Part shown: positions 10,293 through 22,139 of the stretch, one piece after another | Layout: each line of letters starts with the position of its first letter | Numbering within the stretch: the first letter of the stretch is position 1 | NCBI RefSeq assembly: GCF_006345805.1 | Contig: NC_043004.1 | Location: forward strand, 40,362,001-40,426,000 | From: Octopus sinensis | Lineage: Eukaryota | Direction of reading: 5' to 3' | Length of the DNA: 64,000 nucleotides | The notes under the pieces: model-generated | Databases searched by the model: none | The model's input: only the letters and a program-made list of their open reading frames with translations | Told to the model about the DNA's origin: nothing | Translations under genes and position numbers: made by a program

Positions 10293-10974
10293 GACAAACA
10301 ATAAGATGTCTGATCTCTACACCCAGAAAGGCTGTAGTGTATTGGTAAAGCATCTAAAAGGGTTATGGTGGTGGTGGTGGTAGTGGCGACGGTGGTGGTG
10401 GCAGTGACGATGATGAGAAGGAGAAAGGGCAGGAGAAGGGATAAAGAAAGGAGGAAGGGGAGGGGGAGAAGGAGAATAAGGATAACACTGATGATGAGAA
10501 GGTTGGTGATGGTGGTGGTGGTAGTAGAGAAAGAAGATATGGAAAAGTAAGAGAAGAAGAAGAAGAAGAACAACAACAACAACAATGCCAGCAACAATTA
10601 TAACAAAATCATTATCACAAAATTAAAACAAAAAAGAAAAAAAAACAACTGAAAAGAAGAAAAAAAGAGTAGCAGATAAAAATAAGGGGTAATAGGAGAG
10701 ACAAAACCCCTTTTTACCAAGCTCCTCCCCACCAACATTCTAGACATTCAATCAGTGAGTAATTATTTATGATTAATCTTCCTTTCGGTCATTATAATTG
10801 CTTTATTTATTCTACACTATTGTTTTAAAGGTTGTTGCTGTTGTTGTTGTTGTTGTTGTTGCTGTTGTTGTTATTGCTGTTTAATCCAAGGTCAGATCTG
10901 ATCAAGCAGATCAAAGGTGGTCCACTCTGGTCCAACTCAGCAGCTTTTTGTTTTCTTTCACATTTTGCAGCTGC

Positions 10975-11271
10975 AGGCATGGCTGCATGGTAAGAAGCCT
11001 CCTTCTCAACCACAGGGTCCTGGGTTCAGTCTAACTGCATGGCACCTTAGGCAAGTGTCACCTATTATAGCCTCAAGCAGACCAAAGCCTTGTGAGTGGA
11101 AACTGAAAGAAGCCTGTTCTGGATGTGTGGTAAGAAGCTTGCTTCCCAACCACATGGTTCCAGGTTCAGTCCCACAGCATAGGACTGTGGGCAAGTGTCT
11201 TCTACTATAGCCTCAGGATGACCAAAGCCTTGTGAATGGATTTGGTAGACAGAAACTGAAAGAAACCTGCC

Positions 11272-11272
<1 letters not shown>
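10975..11272 (+). mobile_element. two tandem 5' fragments of SINE-A
   Basis: GGTTCAGTC...GGGCAAGTGTC...GGAAACTGAAAGAAGCC twice. Confidence 0.75.
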
Positions 11273-11302
<30 letters not shown>

Positions 11303-11334
11303 GCATGTATGTATGTATGTATGTTGTATGTATG

Positions 11335-11377
<43 letters not shown>

Positions 11378-11389
11378 TATATATATCAT

Positions 11390-11690
11390 TATCGAGCGTG
11401 ATCGTTACCAACATCGCTTCACTGGCACCTGTGTCGGTGGCACGTGTATTATGATTCAAGCGAGGTCATTGCCAGTACCGCCTGACTGGCCCCTGTGTCG
11501 GTGGCACGTAAAAAGCACCCACTACACTCTCGGAGTGGTTGGTGTTAGGAAGAGCATCCAGCTGTAGAAACATTGCCAGATCAAGATTGGAGCCTGGTGC
11601 AGCCATCTGGTTCGCCAGCCCTCAGTCAAAATCATTCAACCCATGCTAGCATGGAAAGCGGACGTTAAACGATGATGATGATGATGATAT
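11390..11690 (+). mobile_element. RTE-A 3' terminal fragment
   Basis: VNTR units, CACTACACTCTCGGAGTGG, CCATGCTAGCATGG, (GAT)n. Confidence 0.85.
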
Positions 11691-11994
11691 ATGTATGCAT
11701 GTATGTATGTATGTATGTATGTATGTATGTGTGTGTATATATATATATATATATGGAGCAAATAATTCAGGAGAAAATATTTGCGAAGATATTATTGACT
11801 CTATTATTATCTAGTGTAATAATTTAAAAATGATAATAACAGAATCAATAATATAGGTGATTGCAGCTCCCCTCCCCACAAACATTAAATAGCTGAAGGA
11901 TTAAAAGTAATCAAAAGACATACTAAGTATGTCGACCTGCTGGAAATAACAGTCAAAATGCTTATTTAAATCACCAAAATACACTGATAATAGA

Positions 11995-12555
11995 CAGGCA
12001 GACACAGACAGATAGACAGGGGAGAGTCAGAGAGGAAGGTACAGAGAGCCGGAGGGAGGGACAGAGAAACGGAAGGGGGGACAGAGAGATGGAGGGAGGG
12101 ACAGAGAGATGGAGGGAGGGACAGAGAAACAGACGGAAGGAGAGAGAGCGATTGAGGGAGGCACAGAGAGATGGAGGGAGGCACAGAGAGATGAAGGGAG
12201 GGACAGAGAGACGGAAGGAGGGACAGAGAGATGGAGGGAGGGACAGACAGATGGAGGGGGGACAGAGAGACGGAAGGAGGAACAGAGAGATGGAGGGAGG
12301 GACAGACAGATGGAGGGAGGGACAGAGAGATGAAGGGAGGGACAGAGAGACGGAAGGAGGAACAGAGAGATGGAGGGAGGGACAGAGAGATGGAGGGAGG
12401 GACAGAGAGATGAAGAGAGGGACAGAGAGACAGAAGGAGGGACAGAGAGATGGAGGGAGGGACAGACAGATGGAGGGAGGGACAGAGAGACAGATGGAAG
12501 GAGAGAGAGATGGAGGGTGGGAGGGAGAGAAGGAAGGAGGGAGTGAGAGAGAGAA
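11995..12555. repeat. purine-rich ~20-bp minisatellite (GGAGGGAGGGACAGAGAGAT)n
   Basis: direct inspection. Confidence 0.95.
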
Positions 12556-12790
12556 ATTTTTTAAAATGTACTTTTCTTTCACTTGTTTCAGACTGTGGCC
12601 ATACTGGGGCACCACTTTGAAGGGTGTAATCAAACATATTGACCCCAGGACTTATGCTTCTTTATATTTTTAATTGGTCTTTTCTACCTGAAATTCTACA
12701 TTATGGGAACATAAACAAACTAACATTGGTCTTCAAGTGGTGATGTGGAGAGACAAAGACAGATAAAGACACACATATACACATACATAT

Positions 12791-12828
<38 letters not shown>

Positions 12829-12954
12829 GTATGTATGTATATATATATATATGCATACAGCATCATCATCATCATCATCATCATCATTTAATGTCCACTT
12901 TCTGTGCTGGCATGGGTTAAATGATTTGACTAGAAATGTTACCAAATTCCCTCT

Positions 12955-13435
12955 GCTCCTCCTTTTACTCTTCCACCTCCTCTCCCACTACCTTCTGCTC
13001 CTCCTCCTGCTCTTCCTCCTGCTCTTCCTCCTGAATATCATCATCATCATCATCCTCTTCCACCACCTTCGGCTCAGCCTTCTGCTCTTCCCCCTCCTCC
13101 TCCTCCTGAATATCATCATCATCATCATCTTCCATTACCTTCTGCTCTTCCTCCGCCTCCCCCTCCTCCTCCTGAATATTATCATCATCATCATCTTCCA
13201 CCACCTTCTGCTCCTCCTTCTGCTCTTTCCCCTCCTCCTCCTCCTCCTGAATATCATCATCATCATCCTTTTCCACCACCTTCTGCTCCTCCTTCTGCCC
13301 TTCCTCCTCCTCCTCCTCCTGAATATCATCATCATCATCTTCCACCACCTTCTGCTTCCCCTTGTCCTCCGCCACTTCCTCCTCCTTCTCTTCCCCCTCC
13401 ACTTCCTCTTCCACCGCTCACTCCTCCTCCTCCTT
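12955..13435. repeat. ~60-70-bp minisatellite built of triplets (about 6 units)
   Basis: CTGAATATCATCATC...TCTTCCACCACCTTCTGCTC units. Confidence 0.9.
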
Positions 13436-14047
13436 CTTCCCACCCAATTCACCAGAAAACTTCGACCAAAACTCTCCAAAAACTTTGCTATGTATTTATG
13501 ATCACATATGTTTGTTTTCGTTTGTGCCTTATGATGTTACGTTTTGATTCAGAAAAGTTTTTTGTATGATTAAATTCAAGGAGATTACATTTTTGATCTT
13601 AGAAAATAAAGATAACATTTTCATTTTTTACTTATATATTTATTTTTATATATTTTATTGTATATATTTTTTTGTCAGTTTTTTTTTTTTTTTTTTTCTA
13701 ATCTTGACTGACAACTGAGATTTCTCTTCTTTTGAAATTTCATTTCATTTTATTTTATATCATTATTTGTTTTTTTGTTGTTGTTTTATCTCCCCACTGA
13801 TTTCAATTTGAAGATGAGTTTTATGGAGCTGGCTTCTATTTGAAGTTTATTTAACCCTTATAAGACGATTCAAAGCAAGCTGCCAGTTTTAATAGAAGAA
13901 GGGTGGGACCATTTTTGCGTTAGAAATTTTTTTATAAAAATGAGACGATCTCTTTAAGATATTTATAATATAGCAAACATTTTGGTTTCATATCAACCTT
14001 CATTTTTTTTTCTGTTTCTCATTAAAATGTTTCAGTTACTATTATCA

Positions 14048-14104
<57 letters not shown>

Positions 14105-14214
14105 TTTGATGATGATCATCTTTACTATTATTATTATTATTATTATTATTGTTATTATTGTTATTATTTTATATGTGTATGTTTATGTGTATGTTTGAAT
14201 TTGTGACATAAGTA

Positions 14215-14408
14215 CAGGTATTCATGTGTGGTTAAGTAGTTAAACAGCTCACTTTGCAACCATGATGATTCAGGTTCAATACTACCGCATGGCACTTTGG
14301 GCAAGTGTCTTCTACTGGAGCCCTGAGCCAACAAACGCCTTGGGAATAAATTTGGTAGATAGTAACTGAGTGGAAACCTGTCATACATACATGCATACAT
14401 ACACACAC

Positions 14409-14447
<39 letters not shown>

Positions 14448-14488
14448 TATATTAATATATATATATAATATATTTATATATATAATAC

Positions 14489-14540
<52 letters not shown>

Positions 14541-14910
14541 TAAACATGACACTGTGGTAAGAAGCTTGCTTCCCAACCACATGGTTGCAGGTTCAGTCTT
14601 CTACTACAGCCTCAGGCTGACCAAAGCCTTCTGAGTGGATTTGATAGATGGAAACTGAATGAAGCCCATCATATACGTATATATATATTTATACATATGT
14701 GTGCCTGTGTGCCTGTGTGTCTCCATCACTTGATAACCGATGCTGGTGTGTTTACATCCCCATAACTTAGTGGTTCGGCCAAAGAGTTCCATAGAATAAG
14801 TACCGGGCTTACAAAGAATAAGATCTGGGGTTGATTTCTTCGAATGGCAGGTGGTGCTCCAGCATGGCCACAGTAAAATGACTGAAACAAGTAAAAGAAT
14901 AAAAGAATAT
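14215..14910 (+). mobile_element. SINE-A 5' half followed by a second, internally deleted SINE-A
   Basis: heads at ~14225 and ~14550; tail GTAAAAGAATAAAAGAAT at ~14900. Confidence 0.75.
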
Positions 14911-15032
14911 ATTTATATAAAAATTAATAGGTTAATGGTTTTTTTTAAAAAATAACTTGCCAGCGTTCCCTTCATCATATACGCGGTAATCACATTCGGT
15001 TAAAATGGCTTATCGATGTGTTTGTTTTCTTT

Positions 15033-15120
15033 TTTCCCTGATGAGATAATTACATTGTTTTACATCATTTTATTCCCTCAGGAATGATACCAAGGTTTTC
15101 TTCGAAACATATGTTGGAAG
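15033..15120 (+). ncRNA. candidate type I hammerhead ribozyme (degenerate helix II) in a Penelope-like AT-rich repeat
   Basis: TTTCC-CTGATGA-G...C-GAAAC-ATAT-GTT-GGAAG: helix I pairs, palindromic helix III, GUU site. Confidence 0.4.
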
Positions 15121-15339
15121 TATGAAGATTTGAATAACACATGTGTTTAACTCTATTTCTTAACTTATCTATGTTATACAAAAACATTCCACTAAATCCT
15201 GGAACTTCTACCTTTATAAGTAAGCTGTAACACCCTTGGCACTTATGGGAATTTTTGCTACCCAGGTAACTATTTATTTATTTTTTCCATGTTATTTGTA
15301 CACATTTAAAAAATATACATGCTCACACACACATACATA

Positions 15340-16590
15340 TATATGAGAGACAAATTAGATATAAGAGGCATCAGATGTGGTGTGCAAGAGAGATGTTTGT
15401 GGTGGTATGGTCATGTGATATGTATGGACAAGGACAGCTGCGTAAAGAAGTGCCAATCTCTAACTGTGGAGGGAACCTGTGATAGAGGCAGACTAAGGAT
15501 GACATGGGGCAAGGTGATGTAGCATGATTTTAGAACTTTGGGCCTCACAGAAGCAATGACTAGTGACTGAGACCTTAGTGACTGAGACTCGTCAAGCCAA
15601 GTGAAATTGTCATCATCATCATCATTGTTCGACCATGGTCGAGATAATGGAATTTACCATGCTGCGCCAGACTTCACAGTCCATCCTAGCATTACAGAGG
15701 TCCTGTTGCTGGATGTCTGTATCTCTGGAGATTACATCAGGGTAGGAGAGTGTGCGCCCTCTGGTATCGCGAGAAGATGGCTTCGAGAGGAGAAGAGTAG
15801 AAATTGCCTCGTTTTCAGCTCTACAACAATGTCCAGCAAACTGGACTCTCCTACCTTTCACAAGAGATGACACAGGTGGTAGTTTCCCATATATTTGCAT
15901 TTTGGTTGGATGATGCTTCCACGAGAAATTTTGAGATCTCATTAGGAAGCGAGTGTGGGTTCCATCCAACCGCCTCTCAAGCTTCTTTGATAACGTCCAG
16001 GTTTCTGAGCCATATAATAGAATTGGTTCGACTGTGGCTTTGAAGATTTTAAGTTTGAAGTCTCTACTTAGATTTGATGACCAGATCTTATGCATATCAT
16101 TACAGGCTGACCAGGCCATACCCTTTCTAGTTAGAAAATCTTTTCCAGATGATGACAAATATCTTGGGTCAGACACATCATCATCTGGAAAAGTGAAATT
16201 GTAGTCATGACTGGTACTGGTGTTATGTAACTGGCACCCATGCTGGTGGCACATAAAATGCACCATTTGAGCATTGGGCCTCATGGAGACAATGACCGTG
16301 ACCTTTGGCATTATGTCACGCTTGAGAAGAAGACCCACCAAGCCAAGCAAAATCGCAGTTGTGACAGACACTACTGTCATGCAAATAGCACCCATGCCAG
16401 TGACACATAAAACCACCCATTACACTCTTGGACTGGTTGACATTAGGAAGGACATCCAGCCATAGAAATCATGCCAAATCAGACTGGAGTCTGGTGCAGT
16501 CTTCCAGCTTGCCAGCCCCAGCCAAACTATCCAATCCATGCCAGCATAGACAACAGACATTAAATGATGATGATGATGATGATGATGATA
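15340..16590 (+). mobile_element. old RTE-A-like 3' fragment, split by the RTE-B insertion
   Basis: WYGHV/EGTCDRGR remnants 15340-15600; VNTR-like and terminal domain resume at 16203; (GAT)n tail ~16565. Confidence 0.7.
15611..16193 (-). mobile_element. 5'-truncated RTE-clade LINE of a second family (RTE-B) with a 5' inversion and 12-bp TSD
   Basis: FKATVEPILLYGSETWTL, RRVQFAGHC, (TGA)n tail; TSD AAGTGAAATTGT at 15599-15610 and 16191-16202. Confidence 0.88.
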
Positions 16591-16609
16591 ATGATGATAA
16601 TGATGATAA

Positions 16610-16645
<36 letters not shown>

Positions 16646-16679
16646 AGAATATATATACATATATATATATATATATGTG

Positions 16680-16718
<39 letters not shown>

Positions 16719-17189
16719 ATTTATATATTTATGTGTGTGCATACACACACAGAATTAATGACATCACTTTTTTTTTTGCTAAAATTTAAGTTTTCTCCAT
16801 AAATAAACAGCAGCAGACAATTAGCCATTACTAATTTCAGGAAGAGTGTAAAGGAAATTGATGTATTCCATACAATAATGCATGCATAATCACATCATAA
16901 ATTAATCTCATTATGATTATTCGTGGATTCAGTGATTAAATTACATTTGTTAATGTATGTATATATTTTTTTTTGTAATGAATTTTTCTTTACTTGGGAC
17001 TTTTTAAATTACCACTTACAAAATCTCAATTATCCATATCGCTAAGTATACATAATATTTTTTAAGTGGTGCTAGTGGTAGTGGTGGTGGCAGTTGTGGT
17101 GGCAGTGGTGGCAGTTGTGGTGGCAGTGGTTGCAGTTGTGGTGGCAGTGGTGGTGGTGGTGGTTGTTTTGGATGTTGCTGTTGAGCTGT

Positions 17190-17558
17190 TGCTGTTGAGC
17201 GAACGGTCTTCGTCCCAGAGCTCGCAAGATAGAAGTCCGAATCATGGTCCTTTGCTATTTGTAAGACCTGCAGAAGAGAAAGCAGGTCAACCCCTGACAC
17301 CAAGAGCATCGACGGATGGATGAATGCGCATCCAGGCTCAGCGGTTGCATAGGAAGTCGGGGACAAGAAACAGGAAGGAAGAGTGAGAGAAAGTTGGAGC
17401 GAAAGAGTACAATAGGGATCGCCACCACCCCCTGCCGGAGCCACGTGGAGCTTTAGGTATTTTTGCTCAATAAACACACACAACGCCCGGTCTGGGAATC
17501 TAAGCCACAATCCTCCACTGCAAGTCCGCTGCCCTAACCATTGGGCCATTGCGCCTCC
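17190..17558 (-). mobile_element. tRNA-derived SINE-C, tail variant 1
   Basis: GAGGCGCAATGGCCCAATGGTTAGGGCAGCGGAC head, AAGCTCCACG body, (CAACAG)n tail, inserted in (GTT)n. Confidence 0.8.
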
Positions 17559-17564
17559 ACTCGC

Positions 17565-17613
<49 letters not shown>

Positions 17614-17914
17614 GGTGGTGGTGGTGGTAGGGAGGTCTCTATGGTCTCTCATTCTGCTAGGAATAGCAGCCAAATCTCCAAATCATACTCAGCTGTCTTG
17701 ACATGTGACTCATAGGACATATTTTCCCTAGCGTCCATGCATCATTTATAAATATGCATTCCCAATTTGCTCCAACTAACAGCCAGAATAAATTTCCACT
17801 TACGAAAGCAAAACTGTACATTACTAGGAACAAATGAAACAAAGACTACTTCAAATTCTGAAAACAAACATGGATATTTAGGACAAACTCACGAAAATAA
17901 TTTTGACATGCAGC

Positions 17915-18075
17915 ACAGCCATGGCTGTACGGTAAGAAGCTTGCTCCCCAGCCACATGCTTTCAAGGTTCAGTGCCTCTGTGTGGCACCTTGGGCAAGTG
18001 TCTTCTGCTATAGCCTTGGGCCGACCAAAATCGTGTGAGTGGATTTGGTAGCCAGAAACTGAGAGAAGCCCATCA
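17915..18075 (+). mobile_element. SINE-A 5' half (3' half probably at 22140-22370)
   Basis: head through GAGAAGCCC, then (TA)n. Confidence 0.75.
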
Positions 18076-18125
18076 TATATATATATATATATATATATAA
18101 ACATATATATACATATATATACATA

Positions 18126-18170
<45 letters not shown>

Positions 18171-18174
<4 letters not shown>

Positions 18175-18375
18175 CAAAATGGGACAAGAACGCAAAACAG
18201 TCAAATAGACGATACAAAAAACACGGGCGGGTCATTCGAAGCCTCTATCTTCAGTCAAGAACCGGATCATCCTCGTAATTTTGGCTGATTAATCTTGAGA
18301 TTGCTCCGATCTGGCCAGCCCCAAGGAAAAACTAAGCTACGAGCATTAGATTTCTTGGAAAAAGGATTGAATGTA
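18171..18375. mobile_element. Penelope-like terminal fragment in (TA)n
   Basis: ATACAAAATGGGACA.GAACGCAAAACA start shared with the 32000 copy; class inferred. Confidence 0.45.
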
Positions 18376-18544
18376 TGTATATATATATCATCATCATTTA
18401 GCGTCCGTTCTCCATGCTAGCATGGGTTGGACGGTTCAACTGGGGTCTGTGAAGCTGGAAGGCTTCATCAGGCCCAGTCAGATCTGGCAGTGTTTCTACG
18501 GCTGGATGCCCTTCCTAACACCAACCACTCCGTGAGTGTAGTGG

Positions 18545-19070
18545 GTGCTTTTTACGTGCCACCGACATGGGGGCCAGACAGGGCTGGCAAACGGCCACGA
18601 ACGGATGGTGCTTTTACGTGTCACCGGCATGGGGGCCAGGCGAGGCTGGCAACGGACATGAACGGATGGTGCTTTTATATGTCACCGACATGGGGGCCAG
18701 ACAGGGCTGGCAAACGGACACGAACGGATGGTGCTTTTACATGTCACCGACATGGGGGCCAGACAGGGCTGGCAAACGGCCACGAACGGATGGTGCTTTT
18801 ACGTGTCACCGGCACGGGGGCCAGACAGAGCTGACAAACGGCCACGAACGGATGGTGCTTTTACGTGTCACCGGCACGGGGGCCAGACAGAGCTGGCAAA
18901 CGGCCACAAACGGATGGTGCTTTTATGTGTCACCGGCACGGGGGCCAGGCCAGGCTGGCAACGACACGAACGGATGGTGCTTTTACGTGTCACCTACACG
19001 GGGGCCAGACAGGGCTGGCGAATGGCTACGAACGGATGGTACTTTTACGTGTCACCTGCACGGGGGCCCT
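18545..19070 (-). repeat. ~61-62-bp VNTR, about 8-9 units, in the RTE-A copy 2 3' UTR
   Basis: ACGTGTCACCGGCACGGGGGCCAGACAGGGCTGGCAAACGGCCACGAACGGATGGTGCTTTT units on +. Confidence 0.92.
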
Positions 19071-19189
19071 GATGTTGATCGACCTCAATTTGGTTTGATC
19101 TTGATTTTGACTGTTCTCACTGGTCTTGCCGGGTTTTCTCACGCACAGCATACCTCCAAAGGTCTCGGTCACTGGTCATTTCCTTGGTG

Positions 19190-19740
19190 AGACCTAAAGT
19201 TCGAAGGTCGTGCTTCACCGCCTCGACCCAGGTTTTCCTGGGTCTACCTCTTCCACAGGTCCCCTCAACTGCCCGGGGTGTGGCACTTTCGCACACAACT
19301 ATCTTCAGCCATTCTCATCACATGACCATACCAGCGCATACGTCTCTCTTGCACACAACAACTGATGCTTCTTAGGTTCAACTTTTCTCTCAAGGTACTT
19401 ACACTCTGTCGATTATGAACACTGACGTTACACATCCATCGGAGCATACTAGCTTCATTTCTTGCGAGCTTACGCAAATCCTCAGCAGTCACAGCCCAAG
19501 TTTCACTACCATGTAGCATGGCTGTACGTACACATGCATCATACAGTCTGCCTTTTACTTTGAGCGAGAGGCCTTTTGTCACCAGCAGAGGTAAGAGCTC
19601 TCTAAACTTTGCCCAGGCTATTCTTACTCTAGCAGTTATACTCTCAGCGCACCCGCCCCAGCTACTGACTTGGTCACCTAGGTAACGGAAACAATCAACT
19701 ACTTCTAGCTTTTCTCCCTGGAAAGTGACGGAAGTTGGTC
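19190..19740 (-). pseudogene. RTE-A copy 2 C-terminal coding region
   Basis: RLYDACVRTAMLHGSETWAV...RMRWYGHV. Confidence 0.88.
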
Positions 19741-20958
19741 TCAGAGCATTTTCAGTGTTAATTGTTCCTGAGCATCTGCCACATACAAAACCATCTTCCT
19801 AGTTAGCCTTCCTTTGACATTGCTGCACCTCTTATGTGTCCATAGCTTACACTTGGTGCACCTTATAGAGTTTCTACCTACACCTTTTCTACAGATCGAG
19901 CAGGGCCATCTACCTGAAGGCGTTTGTGATTGGTCTACCTTCCTACTTATTAGGACTTTGGTTTTGGCTAGGTTGATTCTAAGGCCCTTCGATTCTAAAC
20001 CTTGTTTCCATACCTGAAACTTCTCCTCTAGTTCTGATAGAGACTCAGCAATTAGAGCAAGGTCATCAGCATAGAGGAGCTCCCAGGGGCATCCTGTCTT
20101 GAATTCCTCCGTTATTGCCTGGAGGACTATGATAAATAGGAGGGGACTGAGGACTGAACCTTGGTGGACCCCAACCTCTACCCTGAATTCTTCACTGTAC
20201 TCGGTGCCAACCCTCACCTTACTAGCAGCGTCTCTGTACATGGCTTGTACAGCTTTCACTAACCATTCATCTATCCCTAGTTTCCTCATTGACCACCAGA
20301 TGAGGGATCGGGGGACCCTGTCGAAGGCTTTCTCCATATCAACAAAAGCCAGGTATAGGGGCTTGTCTTTGGCTAGGTATTTCTCTTGCAGCTGTCTTAC
20401 CATGAAAATAGCATCAGTAGTACTTTTCCCTGGCACGAACCCAAACTGCATCTGATCTAGGCTAACTCTCTCTCTAATTAGTTGGGCTATAACCCTCTCC
20501 GTAACCTTCATTACCTGATCCAGCAGCTTGATACCCCTGTAGCTATTTGTATCTAGGGCGTCACCTTTACCTTTGTAGCAGCTGACTATTATGCTGCTAC
20601 ACCAGTCATTGGGAATGACTCCTTCGTGTATCACCTGGTTAACTATACGGGTGACTAGGCTATAGCCGACACTACCAGATATTTTGAGCATCTCTGCAGT
20701 AATTCCTGATGGGCCTGGGGCTTTCCCTGTTTTCATGCTTTTAATTGCCTTATCTACTAAGGAACTGTCAACTCGGATTGCTGGTCCCTCTGTTGGGTCA
20801 ACATTCGGCAGACTCTCTTTATCCCATTCATTTTCCTCATTCAGCAACCTTTCATAGTGGCTTCTCCAAACCTCTCTCTTTGCATCCTCATTTAGCGCAA
20901 GTGAGCCGTCATCCGTGCGAACACATTTTTCTCCTACCACGTCACGATTCTCTCTCAC
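19741..20958 (-). pseudogene. RTE-A copy 2 reverse transcriptase + PHD-like finger
   Basis: same RT motifs as copy 1; open through WPCSICRKG...HKRC, frameshift before the last CxxC. Confidence 0.95.
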
Positions 20959-21165
20959 ACACTGTCTTGCTATACGAAATACCTCAAGTCTTTCATCCTC
21001 ACGGCGCAGGACATTGGCAAATTTTTCCTATCTGCTTCCCTCTGGCTAAATAAACCTGCCTCCTAGCTTCCCTTCTTGCAGTCTGATACACTTCCCTGCT
21101 ACCACCGTTCTTCCAGTCCTTCCAAGCCTGTTTCTTTTGTCTAATAGCCCTGTCAACAGTATTGT

Positions 21166-22086
21166 TCACCACCACGTTATTTTGGGTCTTGTGGGGACTT
21201 TGCACCAGCCACAGATCTGGTCAGTGGCTTTCAGCAGGTTGTCCCTTAGAAGCGCCCAGTTATCTTCTACCCCATGTGTAGCTATGCCCCCTTCTATTTC
21301 GTCGAAGGCTTCAAGTAACATGTCTCTAAATCTCTGTCCATTAGCAGGATCTTTAAGCTTCCAGACCCTTCTTCTCCATGTTGGTCGTCTTCTAGTCGCC
21401 CTCTTAGTCCTGATCCTAAAGTCACTGACTACCATTCTATGTTGTGGGGTACATTCTTCGCCTGGGAAGGTTTTGGCATTCATAAGCAGCCATCTTTCCC
21501 TTTTTCTGGCAAGGATGTAGTCGATTTGGCTAGTATGCTGGCCCGAACGGTAGGTGACCAGGTGGCTTGTTGGTTTCCTGAAGTTAGTGTTGCAAACCAT
21601 AAGACTATTCGCATCACAGAACTCCAGCAGCCTGGTTCCCTCCTCATTGCGAGAACCATAACCATAGCCTCCATGAACGCCATAGAAGCCCTCAGCATAT
21701 CGTCCAACATGCCCATTGAAGTCACCAGCCACAAAGAGAAGGTCCCTGTTGTTCGTCAATGAGGTGGTCTGCAGTAGGGTGTCATAGAAACGGTCTTTCT
21801 GCCCATCGGGTAACCCTGGCTGAGGGGCATAGGCCGATATAATAGTTGCTAAACTATGATGGAGCACTAATCTAATCTTCAATATTCTGTCACATACTCT
21901 GACTTCCTCGATAACCTTATCTACCCATTTTTCGGCAATAAGCATGCCCACTCCCCCGACTCCTTCAGTATTCCCGGCCCAGAAAATTTTATACCTCTGT
22001 CCTTTACCCGTGAGGAACCTAGCAGAACCTCCTCTCCACCTCACCTCTTGAATACAGCATATATCTACACACTTCCGTTCAAGCAA
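21166..22086 (-). pseudogene. RTE-A copy 2 APE endonuclease domain
   Basis: CCIQEVRWRG, AGDFNGHVG, IDYIL, HRMVVSDF. Confidence 0.93.
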
Positions 22087-22139
22087 TTCGACGATCTCAC
22101 CAGATCTGCCTTTCAGTGTATATATATATATATATATAT

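Larger units (their letters stand above)
18388..22119 (-). mobile_element. RTE-clade LINE (RTE-A copy 2), slightly 5'-truncated, inserted in (TA)n
   Basis: starts at ACACTGAAAGGCAGATCTGG (equivalent to ~723 of copy 1); APE, RT, PHD, 3' UTR, VNTR, terminal domain, (TGA)n tail. Confidence 0.93.

Noticed and set aside
16194-16416. N-terminal part of the 264-aa ORF 15622-16416 as a real extension
   Set aside because: It lies outside the TSD and reads the antisense of the older RTE UTR plus the inverted piece.
18230-18262. Hammerhead core in the 18171 and 32000 repeats
   Set aside because: GAAT replaces the essential GAAA and helix II does not close.
18545-19070. CRISPR-like appearance of the 61-bp array (also 5600-5930 and 48790-48980)
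   Set aside because: Units are contiguous with no unique spacers, there are no cas genes, and the context is a eukaryotic LINE UTR or minisatellite.
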